From Squalus acanthias (taxonomy: Eukaryota), in NCBI GenBank assembly GCA_030390025.1, contig JASTWF010000187.1, positions 496,001 through 560,000 on the forward strand: a stretch of 64,000 nucleotides of DNA. The letters are read 5' to 3'. A program made the position numbers and the translations under genes. Of this stretch, positions 49,986 to 62,599 are shown in pieces. Each line of letters begins with the position of its first letter. Position 1 is the stretch's first letter. A model generated the notes under the pieces. The model was not told where the DNA came from. It did not search any database and was given only the letters and a program-made list of their open reading frames with translations.

Positions 49986-50432
49986 CAGTGTGACTGGAAA
50001 AATCACAGAGACACACACACCCGAGAGGGGTTTTTCCAGTTTATTGATTGTGGAAAGAGCTTTAACCAGTTACACAGTCTGAAAAAAAACATCGCAGCCT
50101 TCACAGCGGGGAGAAACCAGACACCTATTCTGTGTGTGGATGAGGCTTCAACCGATCGTCCAACCTAGAGAGAAACAAAGACACCCGCACCACGGAGAAA
50201 CCGGGGAAATGTGGGGCCTGTGGGAAAGGACTCAATTACCCATCCCAGCTTGAAACTCACACCGGGAAGAGGCCGTTCACATTCTCAGTGTGTGGGCAAG
50301 GATTGAACCAGTCCTCCCATCGCCCACACACCAGTATCGTCACAAGGGAAAGAAACCATTGAAATGTTCCGTGGGTGGAGCGGGATTTAGTCATCGTGCC
50401 AATTTGTGACACACCAGCGAGTTTACATGTGA
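49986..50432 (+). pseudogene. Decayed C2H2 zinc-finger array
   Basis: Remnants HRDTHT...[47 protein letters not shown]; multiple frameshifts and lost Cys/His residues. Confidence 0.75.
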
Positions 50433-50529
50433 CTGCAGGGTTTGAATTCCGCTGTTATTAATCATATCCAGGACTGTTTAATATTCTGGACAAACTTCAT
50501 GTAAACCAAATGGTAATGGGTCAGGTTCA

Positions 50530-51650
50530 ACCTTGGCATTGAAAGGCCTGACCAGTCATTGATAAAGTTTTCATAACTTCCTTGTTTTTGTTCTCTATGC
50601 CTCTATATATAAAGCCCAGATTTATGTCCGCTTTTTCATAGCCTTATCAACTTGTCCTGCCTCCTTCAAAGATGTGTGTCCTTACACCCTCAGGTCTCTC
50701 TGTTCCTGCAGTCCCTTTAAATTGTACCATTTAGATAAAACTGTCTCTCCTAATTCTTCCTGCCAAGATGCATCAATACACGCGGCTCTGCATTAAATTG
50801 CATTTGCCATGTGCCTGGCCATTTCACCAGTCTGTCTCTGTCCTCCTGAAGTCTGCTCCGATCCTCCTCACATTTTACTACATTTCCAAGTGTTGTGTCA
50901 TCTGCAAACTTTGAAACTGTGGCTCGTACACCTAAGTCCAGGTTGTTATTATATATCAAAAAGAGCAGTGGTCCTGACACTGACCCCTGGGAGCACCACC
51001 GTATACTTTCCTCCAGTCTGAAAATAACCGTTCATCACTACTCTCTGCTTTTTGTCTCTGAGCCCAGTCTGTGTCCATTCTGCCGCCGCCTCTTTAATCC
51101 CATGGGCTTGTATTTTGCTAACAAGGCTATTACATGGCATTTTATTAAACACCTTTGGAAAGTCAATTTACAAATCAACCGCACTACCTCCATCAACCCT
51201 CTCCGTTTATCATTTAACACTCAATCAAGTGTGTTTGACGCGATTCGCCATTAAGAGATTTATGTTTTACCCATGGTCTTCCAAGTGACAATTAATGTTT
51301 TCCCGGATTTTGCGCTCTTGACCTTTTCCTGCCACCGATGTTCGGCTGACGGGCCTGCAGTTAACGGATAAATCCAATCCCCTGTTGTGAACAGCGGTGG
51401 AACATTTGCAACCCTCCGGTCTTCTGGCACCACTCCTGTATCCAAGGAAAGTTGAAAAATTGTGGCCAGGGCCTCGGCTATTTCGACCCTTCGTCCCCTC
51501 AACAGCCTGGGATGCCTCTCATCCGGACCGGGTGACTTTTCTACTTTGATCACTGCCAACCCATTCATCTATTTTTATCCTGGACAATTGTTCCATCCTA
51601 CCCCTTTACCGTGACATTAGCAGATTTCTCCTCTTTTGTGAAGACAGATT
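50530..51650 (-). mobile_element. Old CR1 LINE fragment
   Basis: KSPGPD...HPRLL, SKFADDTTLG, WQMQFN. Confidence 0.85.
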
Positions 51651-52369
51651 CATATCACTCAGATATTTTCTGAATTTAATGTAAGCATTTAAGGAATTTA
51701 CATTATAATTCAATGAGTGTTTGACAAAAAAATCATAATCAATTATATAATTGTCTGGAATTATAAATGAATTTGTGTTTCCACCAACCAACACCTCCCT
51801 AGTGACTGCATCTTGTTGTGCTGGGAGGGCTTGCGTGTTACCCTGACCCTGAAAGCTATGCAGCCATGAGTACAACGAAATACATGAAGCATTTCAACTC
51901 ATGAAAGAAAATAACACCGAATTAAAGTGGATTCAATAACAAAAGGCATCCCTGGAGATGAAGGAGTAGAGAGCCGTATACCCAAGATTACTGATGACAC
52001 TGTTAGATGGCACATTAAGTAGTGTAGATGGATTCAATACTAAACGCATGCCTGGAGTGTCAAAAGGGCATAACGATGTCAAAGAATCATTTCGAGTTGT
52101 AAATAGCAACAGAAGGGAAGGACAATAATATGTTTTTTTTTTAGTTGCATTAAGAGAAACATTGAAATGATGGACGAAGTGTGATCTGGTGAAGGCCTGA
52201 TAACTGATGCTACATACACATTATAACTGATTCTGCACAGACTGCAAAGGGGCTGAATACATTTTTTGCCTCAATTTAAAAAAAAGTCGGGTCAGGTAAC
52301 TTATTTGACCTGTAAATGGGAACTAGGGGGTGTTTCAGAGGTAAGTTGTGACACTATTCACACTACCAC

Positions 52370-53800
52370 CGTCATGGTTGCCGAACAGCTGGACAATTTT
52401 AAGATGAATCAATCTCAGGGGCCGGGGAAGATTCATCCGAGGGAGAAAATTGCAGGAACTCGGGCATAAATCTGGGAGAAATTATTGAATGCTGCAGAGG
52501 TGCCGGGGACTGGAGAACGGCAGATGCTAAGACTATATTCTAAAAAGAAAGTAGCAAAAGTGACCAAGGAAACCACAGACCAGTGAGTTAGAGGCCCATT
52601 GGGGGTAAAATCATGGAAACCCTGATTAAAGATAAGATCATGGAGCATCTGGGTTGAAAAATCATCTTAAAATATAACCAATATCTGTTCATGAAGGGAA
52701 GGCCTTGCCAATCTAGTTCACTAGTTCTCTTTGAGGGTGTGACAAAGGAGCTGGACAGGGTAAGGCAGTGGGTGAGGTGTACTTGGCTTCAGACAGGCCT
52801 TTTATAAACTTCCTCTGGAAAGGATGGGCCTGAAAAGAAAGATCGTGAGAATCAGTGGGTACATTTTACAAGGGATGTGTAATTAGTGCATCGATAGAGC
52901 CCAGAGAGCGGTGATACAGGGATTGTCATCGGACTGGGGGAATTTTACCAGTGGAGTCCCACAGAGATCTGTTTGGACCTCTTTCGTTTAATATCTGTAT
53001 AAATCATCTGGAACTGGGAGTCACAAAATTTTCAGATGAAACAAAGCTGGTGAAGGTGTCAGACTGCAAAGCTGAAGAGGATAAACTACAGGAGGATTTA
53101 AATACTGGGGAATTGGGCAGACAGGCGACAGATGTCATTCAAAGTAGAGAAAGGCAAAGTGCGTCACATGGAGACAAGGAATCCAGGAAGGGACTAGAAC
53201 TTAAATAAAAATAAATGAATCTCCATGGAAAGTGAAAGGGATCTGTGAGTCTTATTGACAATAAATTGAAACTATCGCAACAATGAGTAAAGCAAATCAG
53301 ACGTTGGGCTGTATTAAACGGTCAATATTGAGCCGAGATAGCGAGGCAATCCTGCCCCACTTTATAAATCATTGGTGCAACCGGGCTCAGACTACTGTGT
53401 ACAGCTCTGGACACCACAGGGTATTGCAGCTATTGAACGGACACGGAAGAGAGTGACCAGGATTACTGGAGGATGGAGGGATTGGATTGTGAGGAGCGAT
53501 TCTGTAAATTGAGCAAGTTCACACCGGAAGAGAGAATATCGAGAGGTGATATGATTGCTGTTTTTAGGATTGTAAATGGACCAGATAATGTCGAGCACGA
53601 CAAGTTATTTCACCTTGTCCAGACAGTAGAACCAGAGGACACGGCCTGCGCTTGAAGGGGGTCAATTCAAACCCAATCTGCTGAAACAGTATTTCAGTGA
53701 GTGAGTGGTCAATCTATGGACAGGCTGCCTAGGGAGACGGTGGAAGCAGTTAGTGTCGATTCATTCAAATGCAAATTAAATAGATATCATTCCTTGTACA
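52370..53800 (+). mobile_element. Old CR1 LINE fragment
   Basis: SQGPGKIHPR, GPLSFNICINHL...KFSDETKL, RGDMIAVFRI. Confidence 0.8.
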
Positions 53801-54729
53801 ACACTTGGGGACACAGCATGTGAGTAATTACAGACATGACATGTGGTAAGTGCAGTGTGCTTGGGAGGAACAGGTGACTGTGGTCCTATGGTTCCTAAAG
53901 CTCTCCACCACTGGGGTTTTCCTCACCTCATGTCAGGGTCTGTTGTAGACTAATCGATAGAGGTTGATTTCTGTGACTAGGCAACAACTCCATTATCATT
54001 TTATCGGGGGACTACCAGGATGGTTGAAAGTGAACTAGACTGGAGTGCATTGTCGATAGTGAAGATAATATTCTCATTTAGCTTGATACCTTTACTATTT
54101 TATGGTTTTTATGATTATTGTTTGTGCCCCTTTGCAAAGTTCGTTAGATTAATTTTATTTTGTTTACTTACATTGGGTGTGTCGCCCCAATTGGCCACTG
54201 AAAAGTGTAGAAAGTGACCTGGATGGTCCTTTGTCTTTATCCTCCAGCAATTCCTCTGTTCCTGTGTTTATGGACACAGGAGTGCGGCTGTGGGGCGGTG
54301 CCGAGTGAGCGGAGAACAATGCGTGGGGACAGCGCGTGCTCCCATTTCAGAGCGTGTCCGACCCTCAATATCCAAACCATTCCCAGGAGGGACATTGGGT
54401 CCCTTCATTAAACAGTTAAACTTGATATCCAATCACCGATCAGAGGTAGGACTCCACATGAATGCAGAGATACTCCAGGGCCCTCGGGGCTGGTGGGAAT
54501 GTACCAGGCCTGAGTCAGCACCTACAAGAGAACTGGAAACTAACTGAGAACGTGTTACAAAACTGAATTGTGCGCTGATGCACTGTTCCTCATACATTCT
54601 TAAATTCACATTGGGTAAGGATCTCAGAGTGAGTGACTGTGTATCTGGGAGGGGGGCCGTGTCTGACAGGGACAAGAAGACACAACATGGAATACAAGGT
54701 ACAATTAATAATATACTTTATTATTTTCA

Positions 54730-55637
54730 TCATTTAAATAATTTAACAATTAGACGCAGTGGATAATTCACCCCATTCTTTAACTCCTCTCTGAATTTAC
54801 TCTGGGTCCCTGCATAAATAAACGGGTTGATGCAGGAACTGAAAAGCTGAAGCATATATCCGCTTTCCTCCAGAATAAAATTTGATTCCTTGAAATTGGA
54901 ACCTGAGAAATAAGTAACGCTCGCAATCCGGGAATAGAGGAAAGTTATAAGAAACAACAACCACAACAGGATGAAACTGCCCGAGATACAGAAGAGTAAG
55001 ACGATGGACTTTCTCCGGCTCTCCATCTCTGGGTCTCCCTTATCCTCCCCATTTCTGTGGGCCCGGAGTCTTCTGCGAATTCTACTGGCCGCTAGAATGT
55101 GTCTGACGGTTAAAGCATTGAGCAGCAAAATCAGAATGAATGGGCGACACGGGGTTAAAATGGAGGAAGTCCATTCATATGCGGCCCATGCAGGTGAGGT
55201 ATAAAATATTAATTTTATATTGCAGAGCCAGGATACCTCGTTAATTATAATGAAAGGCTCAAACACAAAGTACCAGGGGATGTTTCTAACACAGCTCAGT
55301 GTACAGATCGTTCCGATAACCACGGCCGCCGTTTTCTCGGTGCAATATTTTGTTTTCAGCTTCTGGCAGCAGATGGCTACATATCGATCAAAGGTGAACA
55401 CGACCGTTACCCAGACAGAACTTTCTATGACCCCATAATTTAGAGCAAGTTTGAGACTACAGACCGGAGTGATGGACATGAAATTGAATGGGAAATAAAT
55501 ACCGACAATCCGGTTTAATATCACAGCCGTGATAATGACCAGGAGATCCGTCTCCGCCATGGACACCAGGTAGTAAGTGATACATCTGGAGAGACCGCAC
55601 CTTCCTCGGGACAGGATCACAATCACTGTCAAATTAG
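54730..55637 (-). CDS. GPR139-like class A GPCR, exon 2
   Basis: Acceptor TCTTTTACAG|CT, then (A)NLTVIVILSRGRCGLS...FDRYVAICCQKLK...CINPFIY...K*. Has DRY and NPxxY motifs and an open frame. Belongs to the expanded elasmobranch GPR139-like family. Confidence 0.93.
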
Positions 55638-56039
55638 CTGTAAAAGAGACAGACAGACAGTCAGTGAATAAGTGTTTGAGAGAGAAAGAGAGAGCAGACA
55701 ATGCCGGAAATACTCACAGCTCATGCAGCGTCTGTGAACAGAGACAGAGTCAGAGTTTCTGGTCGGTGAACTTCCGTTCCATAGGAGAAAGGCCCCTCCC
55801 ACAATGCAGCGCTCCCTCAGCACTGCACTGCGCTCTCAGGATAAACTTTGGGCTTAGTCCAACAGCACACATTGAAATTACAACATTGGGAGTCAGATAC
55901 GACAGATGACATCAGTATGCGTCCTCACTCAATGTGGAGTAAAGAACGAGGACGAGAAGAGTACGAGACATTGGCAGGTCTAAGGAGCAGTAATACAGTA
56001 TCTAGATCGATTTAACAGAAATATGTTGTTCACACTGCA

Positions 56040-57240
56040 GCACACGGTACACAATAGAACTCCATGTACACCGTGATAACAGTGTGAGAATTCACCCACC
56101 GTGAAAGTATCAGCAACACAATAGAACTCCATGTACACAATAAAAGTGTGAGAATTCACCCACTGTGAGAGTATCAGTAAAAAAGTAGATCTCCATGTAC
56201 ACAGTGATAACAGTGTGATAATTCACCCACAGTGAGTGTCAGCAATACATTAGAACTCCATGTACACAGTGATAACAATGTGATAATTCACCCACAGTGA
56301 CAGTGTCAATAACACAATAGAACTCCATGTACACAGTGATAACAGTGTGATAATTCACCCACAGTGACAGTGTCAATAACACAATAGAACTCCATGTACA
56401 CAGTGATAACAGTGTGATAATTCACCCACAGTGACAATGTCAGTAACACAATAGAACTCCATGTACACAGTGATAACAGTGTGATAATTCACTCACAGTG
56501 ACAGTGTCAGTAACACAATAGAACTCCATGTACACAGTGATAACAGTGTGATACTTCACCCACAGTGACAGTGTCAGTAACACAATAGAACTCCGTGTAA
56601 ACAGTGATAACAGTGTAATAATTCACCCACAGTGACAGGGTCAATAACACAATAGAACTCCGTGTAAACAGTGATAACAGTGTTATAATTCACCCACAGT
56701 GACAGTGTCAGTAACACAATAGAACTCCGTGTAAACAGTGATAACAGTGTAATAATTCACCCACAGTGACAGTGTCAATAACACAATATAACTCCGTGTA
56801 AACAGTGATAACATTGTGATAATTCACCTGCAGTGACAGTGCCAGTAACACAATAGAACTCCATGTACACAGTGATAACAGTGTGATAATTCAACCACAG
56901 TGACAGTGTCAGTAACACAATAGAACTCCATGTACACAGTGATAAGATTGTGATCATTCACCCACAGTGACAGTGTCAGTAACACAATAGAACTCCAGGT
57001 ACACAGTGATAACATTGTGATCATTCACCCACAGTGACAGTGCCAGTAACACAATAGAACTCCATGTACACAGTGATAACAGTGTGATAATTCACCCGCA
57101 GTGACAGTGTCAGTAACACAATAGAACTCCATGTACACAGTGATAACAGTGTTATAATTCACCCACAGTGACAGTGTCAATAACACAATAGAACTCCATG
57201 TACACAGTGATAACAGCGTTAGAATTCACCAACAGTAAAA
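56040..57240. repeat. 67-bp minisatellite (~18 copies) in the GPCR intron
   Basis: Unit CACAGTGATAACAGTGTGATAATTCACCCACAGTGACAGTGTCAGTAACACAATAGAACTCCATGTA. Confidence 0.95.
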
Positions 57241-57299
57241 TTCCAATAATTCAATTGGAAATATTTGTACACCGTTATAATTTCACTGAAACAGCTCTT

Positions 57300-58385
57300 A
57301 TCAAATTCACAAATTAAATCTTCTGTGTCTGTGACCGTTGTAAACTATCCTTCCTCATCCTTCTCGCAACGTCTGCAGCCTTTGACACGGGCGACCACAC
57401 CATTCTCCTCCAACTCCTCTCTACCGTCGCCCAGCTGGGTGGAACTGCCGTCGTAGCCACAGAGTCACCTGCAATGGCTTCTCTTCCCGCTCCCGCACCC
57501 TTACCTCTGGAATCCCTGATGGATCTATCCTTGGCCCCTCCTATTTCTCATCTTCATTCTGCTCCTCGGCGATATCATCCGAAAACACAGCGGCAGATTC
57601 CACGTATTCGCTGAGGACACCCAGCTCTACCTCACCATGACCGCTCTCGACCCGGCCACTATCTCTGATTTGTCACACTGCTTGTCCGATATCCTGCACT
57701 GGAGGAGCAGAAATTTCCTTCAACTAAATATTGGTTAGACCGAAGCCATTGTCTTCGGTCCCGCCACAAACTCCGTTCCCTAGCCACTGACTCCATCCCT
57801 CTCACAGGAAGCGTGAGAAATCCGAGGCAGTGGAGGGTTCGAGAGAGGTGGTGGTGATATAGTGCTGAGTGACGTCAGTGTATACCTGGAACCTGACGCT
57901 ATGTTTTGGATGATATCTCCGAGCGGCAGCATGAGGCTGAACCAGACCGTTTGCAACCTTGGCGTCCTATTGGCCCCTAAATTGAGCTTCCAACCACATA
58001 TTCGCTCCATCATCAAGGCCGCCTACTTCCACCTCATTAACATCGCCTGTGTCCGTCCCTGCCTCAGCTCATCAGCTGTTGCAACCGCCATCCATGCCTT
58101 TGTTGTCTCGAGACGTGACTATTCCAATGCTGTCCTTGCTGGCATCTCATCTTCCTCCCTCCATAAACTTGAGCTCATCCAATTCTCTGCTGCCCGTGTC
58201 CTAACTCACACCAAGTCCCGTTCACCCATCACCCCTGTGCTCGCTGACCTCCATTGGCTCCCGGTCCAGCAACACCTCGATTTTAAAATTCCCATCCTTG
58301 TTTGCAAATCGCTGCAGAGCTTCGCTCCTCCCTATCTCTGTAACCACCCCAACCCTAATTCACTCCGAGACCTTTCCCTCTATCA
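57300..58385 (+). mobile_element. L2-type LINE RT fragment (with a short internal inverted piece)
   Basis: FAEDTQLYL, NLGVLL..KLSFQPHI..IKAAYFHL..I...AIHAFVVSRRDYSNA...LADLHWLPV. Confidence 0.8.
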
Positions 58386-58404
58386 CCTTTTTTAAAACGC
58401 TCCT

Positions 58405-58886
58405 TAAAACACCTCTTCCAGGTGAAACAGCGATTTACTTGTACTTCTTGCAATTTGTAATACTGTATTCGCTGCTCACGGTGTGGTCTCCTCTAAAATG
58501 GGGAGACCAAACGCAGAATGGGTGACCGCTTTGCAGAACACCTCCGTTCAGTCCGTAAGGGGTCCCCGTGCTCCCGGTCGCCTGTCACTTCTTCTAGACC
58601 CATCTTTTGTTTCTATACTTGTCCCATTACCATCTCCTTTTGCCTTGCACCATCATCCCTTTTGTTTCTTAATCTCTCCTGCCTTCAATCCTATCACAGA
58701 CCTTCTCTTTTGTTCTTTCCTCCCCTTCACCCTCTCCCTGCCCCTACACTTGATTAAAAATCTGTTACATCTCTAACTTTTTTCCAGTTCTGATGAAGGG
58801 CCATCGAACTGAAACGTTAACCCTGTTTCTCGCTCTACAGTTGCTGTCTGACCTGCTGAGTATTTCCAGCATTTTCTGTTTTTCAT
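58405..58886 (+). mobile_element. Penelope-like fragment with a pLTR hammerhead (CTGATGA 58790-58796 ... GAAA 58811-58814)
   Basis: 58405-58590 is essentially identical to 61402-61587 of the Penelope element downstream. Confidence 0.85.
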
Positions 58887-58889
58887 TCA

Positions 58890-59472
58890 GGAAATATATA
58901 CACACAGTTATAATAGTGTGATAACACCACTCACAGTGAAATACCAATAACACAATAGGAAATATATGTACACAGTTATAATAGAGTGATAATAACACTC
59001 ACAGTGAAATACCAATAACACATATAGATAATATATGTACACAGTTATAATAGTGTGATAATACCACTCACAGTGAAATAAAAATAACACAATTGGAAAT
59101 ATATTCACACTGTTATAACCGTGTGGTAATAACACTCAGTGAAATATCAATAACACAAAAGGAAATATATTTACACAGTTATTAGTGTGATAATACCACT
59201 CACAGTGAAATACCAATAACACAATAGGAAATACATGTGCACAGTTATCAGTGTGTTATACCACTCACAGTGAAATACCAACAACAGAACAGGAAATATA
59301 TGTACACAGTTATAATAATGTGATAATACCACTCACAGTGAAATACCAATAACACAATAGGAAATATATGTACACAGTTATTAGTGTGATAATACCACTC
59401 ACAGTGAAATACCAATAACACAATAGGAAATATATGTACACAGTTATTAGTGTGATAATACCACTCACAGTG
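58890..59472. repeat. 66-69-bp minisatellite (~9 copies), related to the 56.0-57.2 kb array
   Basis: Unit CCACTCACAGTGAAATACCAATAACACAATAGGAAATATATGTACACAGTTATTAGTGTGATAATA. Confidence 0.92.
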
Positions 59473-59764
59473 CAGCGACATATGCTGTTGAATTTCAATA
59501 AAATATCACTCGGAGCAAATAGACTGGTACCGCGGAAGTGGCGGCTCTGTGGAAAACACATTAAAACAAATTATGGAGAACCAGCCACTCAGAATAGGTA
59601 GTGATTCCGTTAAAGGGAAGAAATGATGCCGAGAAAAGGTATAAAATATACCGTGAAAGGGAAGAAATTATACAGTTAAAGGGGAGAAGCGTTCCCGGTA
59701 AATAGGAGCAGTGATACAGTTAACCAATGATACCCATAACTAGTAACTAAATCCAATACTTTAC

Positions 59765-59834
59765 CTGGCACGCCGATAGCTGCAATGGCGGGATAGTAAA
59801 GGGCAAACACCAGACCTTTTGGTGGCCCGTGCAT
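59765..59834 (-). CDS. GPR139-like GPCR exon 1: MHGPPKGLVFALYYPAIAAIGVP(A)
   Basis: ATG at 59834, 70 nt, phase-1 donor CAG|GTAA. Joins exon 2 to give the TM1 motif YYPxxAxIGVPANL; 325 aa in total. Confidence 0.9.
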
Positions 59835-59932
59835 TTCTCTCAGAAGCTCTGAGCGCGCTCTGCACTACACTCACAGATTGTCACATTTATACCTGATGTC
59901 AGGCCAAAGGGAGATAATCAGATGGCTTGATC

Positions 59933-59939
59933 TTTTATA
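59933..59939 (-). promoter_or_regulatory. TATA box candidate for the GPCR gene
   Basis: TATAAAA on the - strand about 100 bp upstream of the ATG. Confidence 0.45.
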
Positions 59940-60052
59940 TTAATTACACTAATTGAAACCAACAGATTAGTGCAGCCGCTGCCAGAATGGTGTAAAAACA
60001 GAAAATGCTGGAGATACTCAGCAGGCCAGGCAGCATCTGTGAAGAGCGAAAC

Positions 60053-60090
60053 AGAGTTAACGTTTCAGGTCGATGACCTTTCGTCAGAAC
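60053..60090 (-). ncRNA. Minimal hammerhead ribozyme
   Basis: CTGACGA-A-AGGTC-ATC-GACCT-GAAA-CGTTAAC; perfect stem II. Confidence 0.78.
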
Positions 60091-62052
60091 TGGCAAAAAG
60101 CAGGAAATGTTGCAGATTTTTAAGCAAGTGTAGAGGCTGGGAAAGGGGGGAGGGGATGAAAGAACAAAAGGGAAGGTCTGTGATAGGATAGAAGGCAGAA
60201 GAGGTTAAGAGACATTAAGAGATATTCAAGGCCAAAGGAGATGGTAATAGGACGGAACTTATCTCTTCCTATCTCGACTCTATTTTTTCTCCCCTTGTCC
60301 TGTCTCTTCCCACCTACATCCGCGACTCTACCGACGCCCTCCGCCACTTTAACAGTTTCCTGTTTCCTGTCCCCAACCGTCTCCTTTACACTATGGACGT
60401 ACAATCCCTCTACACCTCCATCCCCCACCAGGATGGCCTGAGGGCGCTCTGCTTCTTCCTTGAACAGAGGCCCAACCAGTCCCCATCCAACACCACCCTC
60501 CTCCGCCTGGCTGAACTTGTTCTCACATTGAACAACATCTCCTTTGACTCCACTCATTTCCTCCAAATCAAAAGTGTTGCTATGGGAACCCGCATGGTTC
60601 CAAGCTATGCCTGCCTTTTCGTGGGATATGTGGAACACTCTTTTTTCCAGTCCTACTCAGGTCCCCACCCTCACCTCTTTTTCCGGTACATTGATGAATG
60701 TATCGGTGCCGTTCCCTACTCTCGCCCCGAACTAGATAATTGCATTCACTTTGCTTCCAATTTCCACCCTTCCCTCACCTTCACATGGTCCACCTTCCAC
60801 TCTTCCCTTTCCTTCCTCGACTTCTCCGTCTCCATCTCTGGGGATAGGTTATTGACAATCATTCACTACAAGCCCACTGACTCCCACAGCTACCTGGACT
60901 ACACTTCCTCCCACCCCGCCCCCTGTAAGGACTCTATTCCATTCTACCAGTTTCTCCGTCTCTGCCGCATCTGCTCTGACGATGCCACCTTCCATACCAG
61001 TGCTTCTGACATGTTTTCCTTTTTCCTCAACCGAGGATTCCCCTCTACTGTGGTTGACACGGCCCTTGACTGTGTCCGTTCGATCTCCCGCACTTCTGCC
61101 CTCACCCCTGCCCCTCCCTCCCGGAACCACGACAGAGTTCCCCTTGTCCTCACCTTTCACCCCACCAGCCTCCCCATTCAACGGATCATCCTCTGCCATT
61201 CCCGCCACCTTCAGCGTGATCCCACAACCAAACCTCACCTCCCCTTTCAGCCTTCCGTAGGGACTGCTCCCTCCGCGACACCCTAGTCCACTCCTCTATC
61301 ACCCCCAACACCCCTTGCCCTTGGCCTGGCACCTTCCCGTGCAAGCACAGGAGATGCAACACATGCCCTTATACATCCCCCCTTCCCACTCTCCAGGGTC
61401 CCAAACACCTCTTCCAGGTGAAACAGCGATTTACTTGTACTTCTTGCAATTTGTAATACTGTATTCGCTGCTCACGGTGTGGTCTCCTCTAAAATGGGGA
61501 GACCAAACGCAGAATGGGTGACCGCTTTGCAGAACACCTCCGTTCAGTCCGTAAGGGGTCCCCGTGCTCCCGGTCGCCTGTCACTTTAATTCTCCGCTCC
61601 ACTTTCACTCTGATCTCTCTGTCCTCGGCCTCTTGCATTATTCCACTGAATCTCAGTGTAAGCTCGAGGAACAGCACCTCATCTTTCGATTAGGCACTCT
61701 ACAGCCCTCTGGACTCAACATAGAGTTCAACAATTTCAGATCATAACCTCGGCCCCTATTATATATATATATATATTTTATCCACACTCTTTGTCTGTCT
61801 TTTTTTTCTTCTCTCCCACATGACAGCTGTCTTTCATTCTGCCAGTGCAATTTACACTTCATCTAGAGCCATCCTTTGTTTCTTAACCTGTACCATTACC
61901 ATCTCAATTTGCCTTGAATATCTCTTAATGTCTCTTAACCTCTTCTGCCTTCTATCCTATCACAGACCTTCCCTTTTGTTCTTTCATCCCCTCTCTCCTT
62001 TCCCAGCCTCTACACTTGCTTAAAAATCTGTTCCATTTTCTGCTTTATTCCA

Positions 62053-62092
62053 GTTCTGACGAAAGGTAATCGACCTGAAACGTTAACTCTGT
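62053..62092 (+). ncRNA. Minimal hammerhead ribozyme
   Basis: CTGACGA (62056-62062), AGGT/ACCT stem, GAAA (62077-62080), CGTTAAC. Confidence 0.75.
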
Positions 62093-62599
62093 TTCTCTCT
62101 TCACAGATGCGGCCTGACCTGCTGAGTATCTCCAGCATTTTCTGTTTTTATTTCAGATTTCCAGCATCTGCTGCATTTTCTTTTTGTGCCAGAATGGTGT
62201 CTATGTTTTGATGGAACGGAATGTCTTTGAATAACTCTGACCCGGCTCTGAAGTGAAATACCCAAAGTTTATAGTATGATCCCTCTCAGTTTTCTTGAAA
62301 AAATATAATTAAACGCTGAATAAGTGGTTGCCAATTAGAAAGTTAGCATTGTACACGAGGAATTCAGGGTTTTAAAACCCTAAATGCTGAATTAAGAGGT
62401 CTCAGCAGAAGGTCTAACTGCCCAGAGAAAATCAGGTCCTGCAGCCGAAAAACGCGGCCAAGTTCTGGCTCCTGGTCATTATACAGCTCCTGTCCGCGTA
62501 AGCACGGCTCACGTGCAGCTGTCTTCAAATTCCTCTGGGAGTGTACACCCACTGTCTGTGCAAACATTCTGGAAAGCTTCATTCAAGCAAGGTTAGTTT

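Larger units (their letters stand above)
59994..62186 (+). mobile_element. Penelope-like retroelement (RT + GIY-YIG) with an inverted 5' pLTR and 14-bp TSD
   Basis: MDVQSLYTSIPH, AMGTRM.PSYA, FRYIDE, FLD, YKPTD; GIY-YIG remnant ...ETKRRMGDRFAEH...PVACHFN...GLN. Segment 59994-60250 is the inverse of ~61890-62150. TGCCAGAATGGTGT occurs at 59980-59993 and 62187-62200. Confidence 0.93.

Noticed and set aside
55638-55701. N-terminal 22 aa of the 323-aa ORF as the true GPCR start
   Set aside because: This is intronic polypyrimidine tract; the real N-terminus is exon 1 at 59765-59834.
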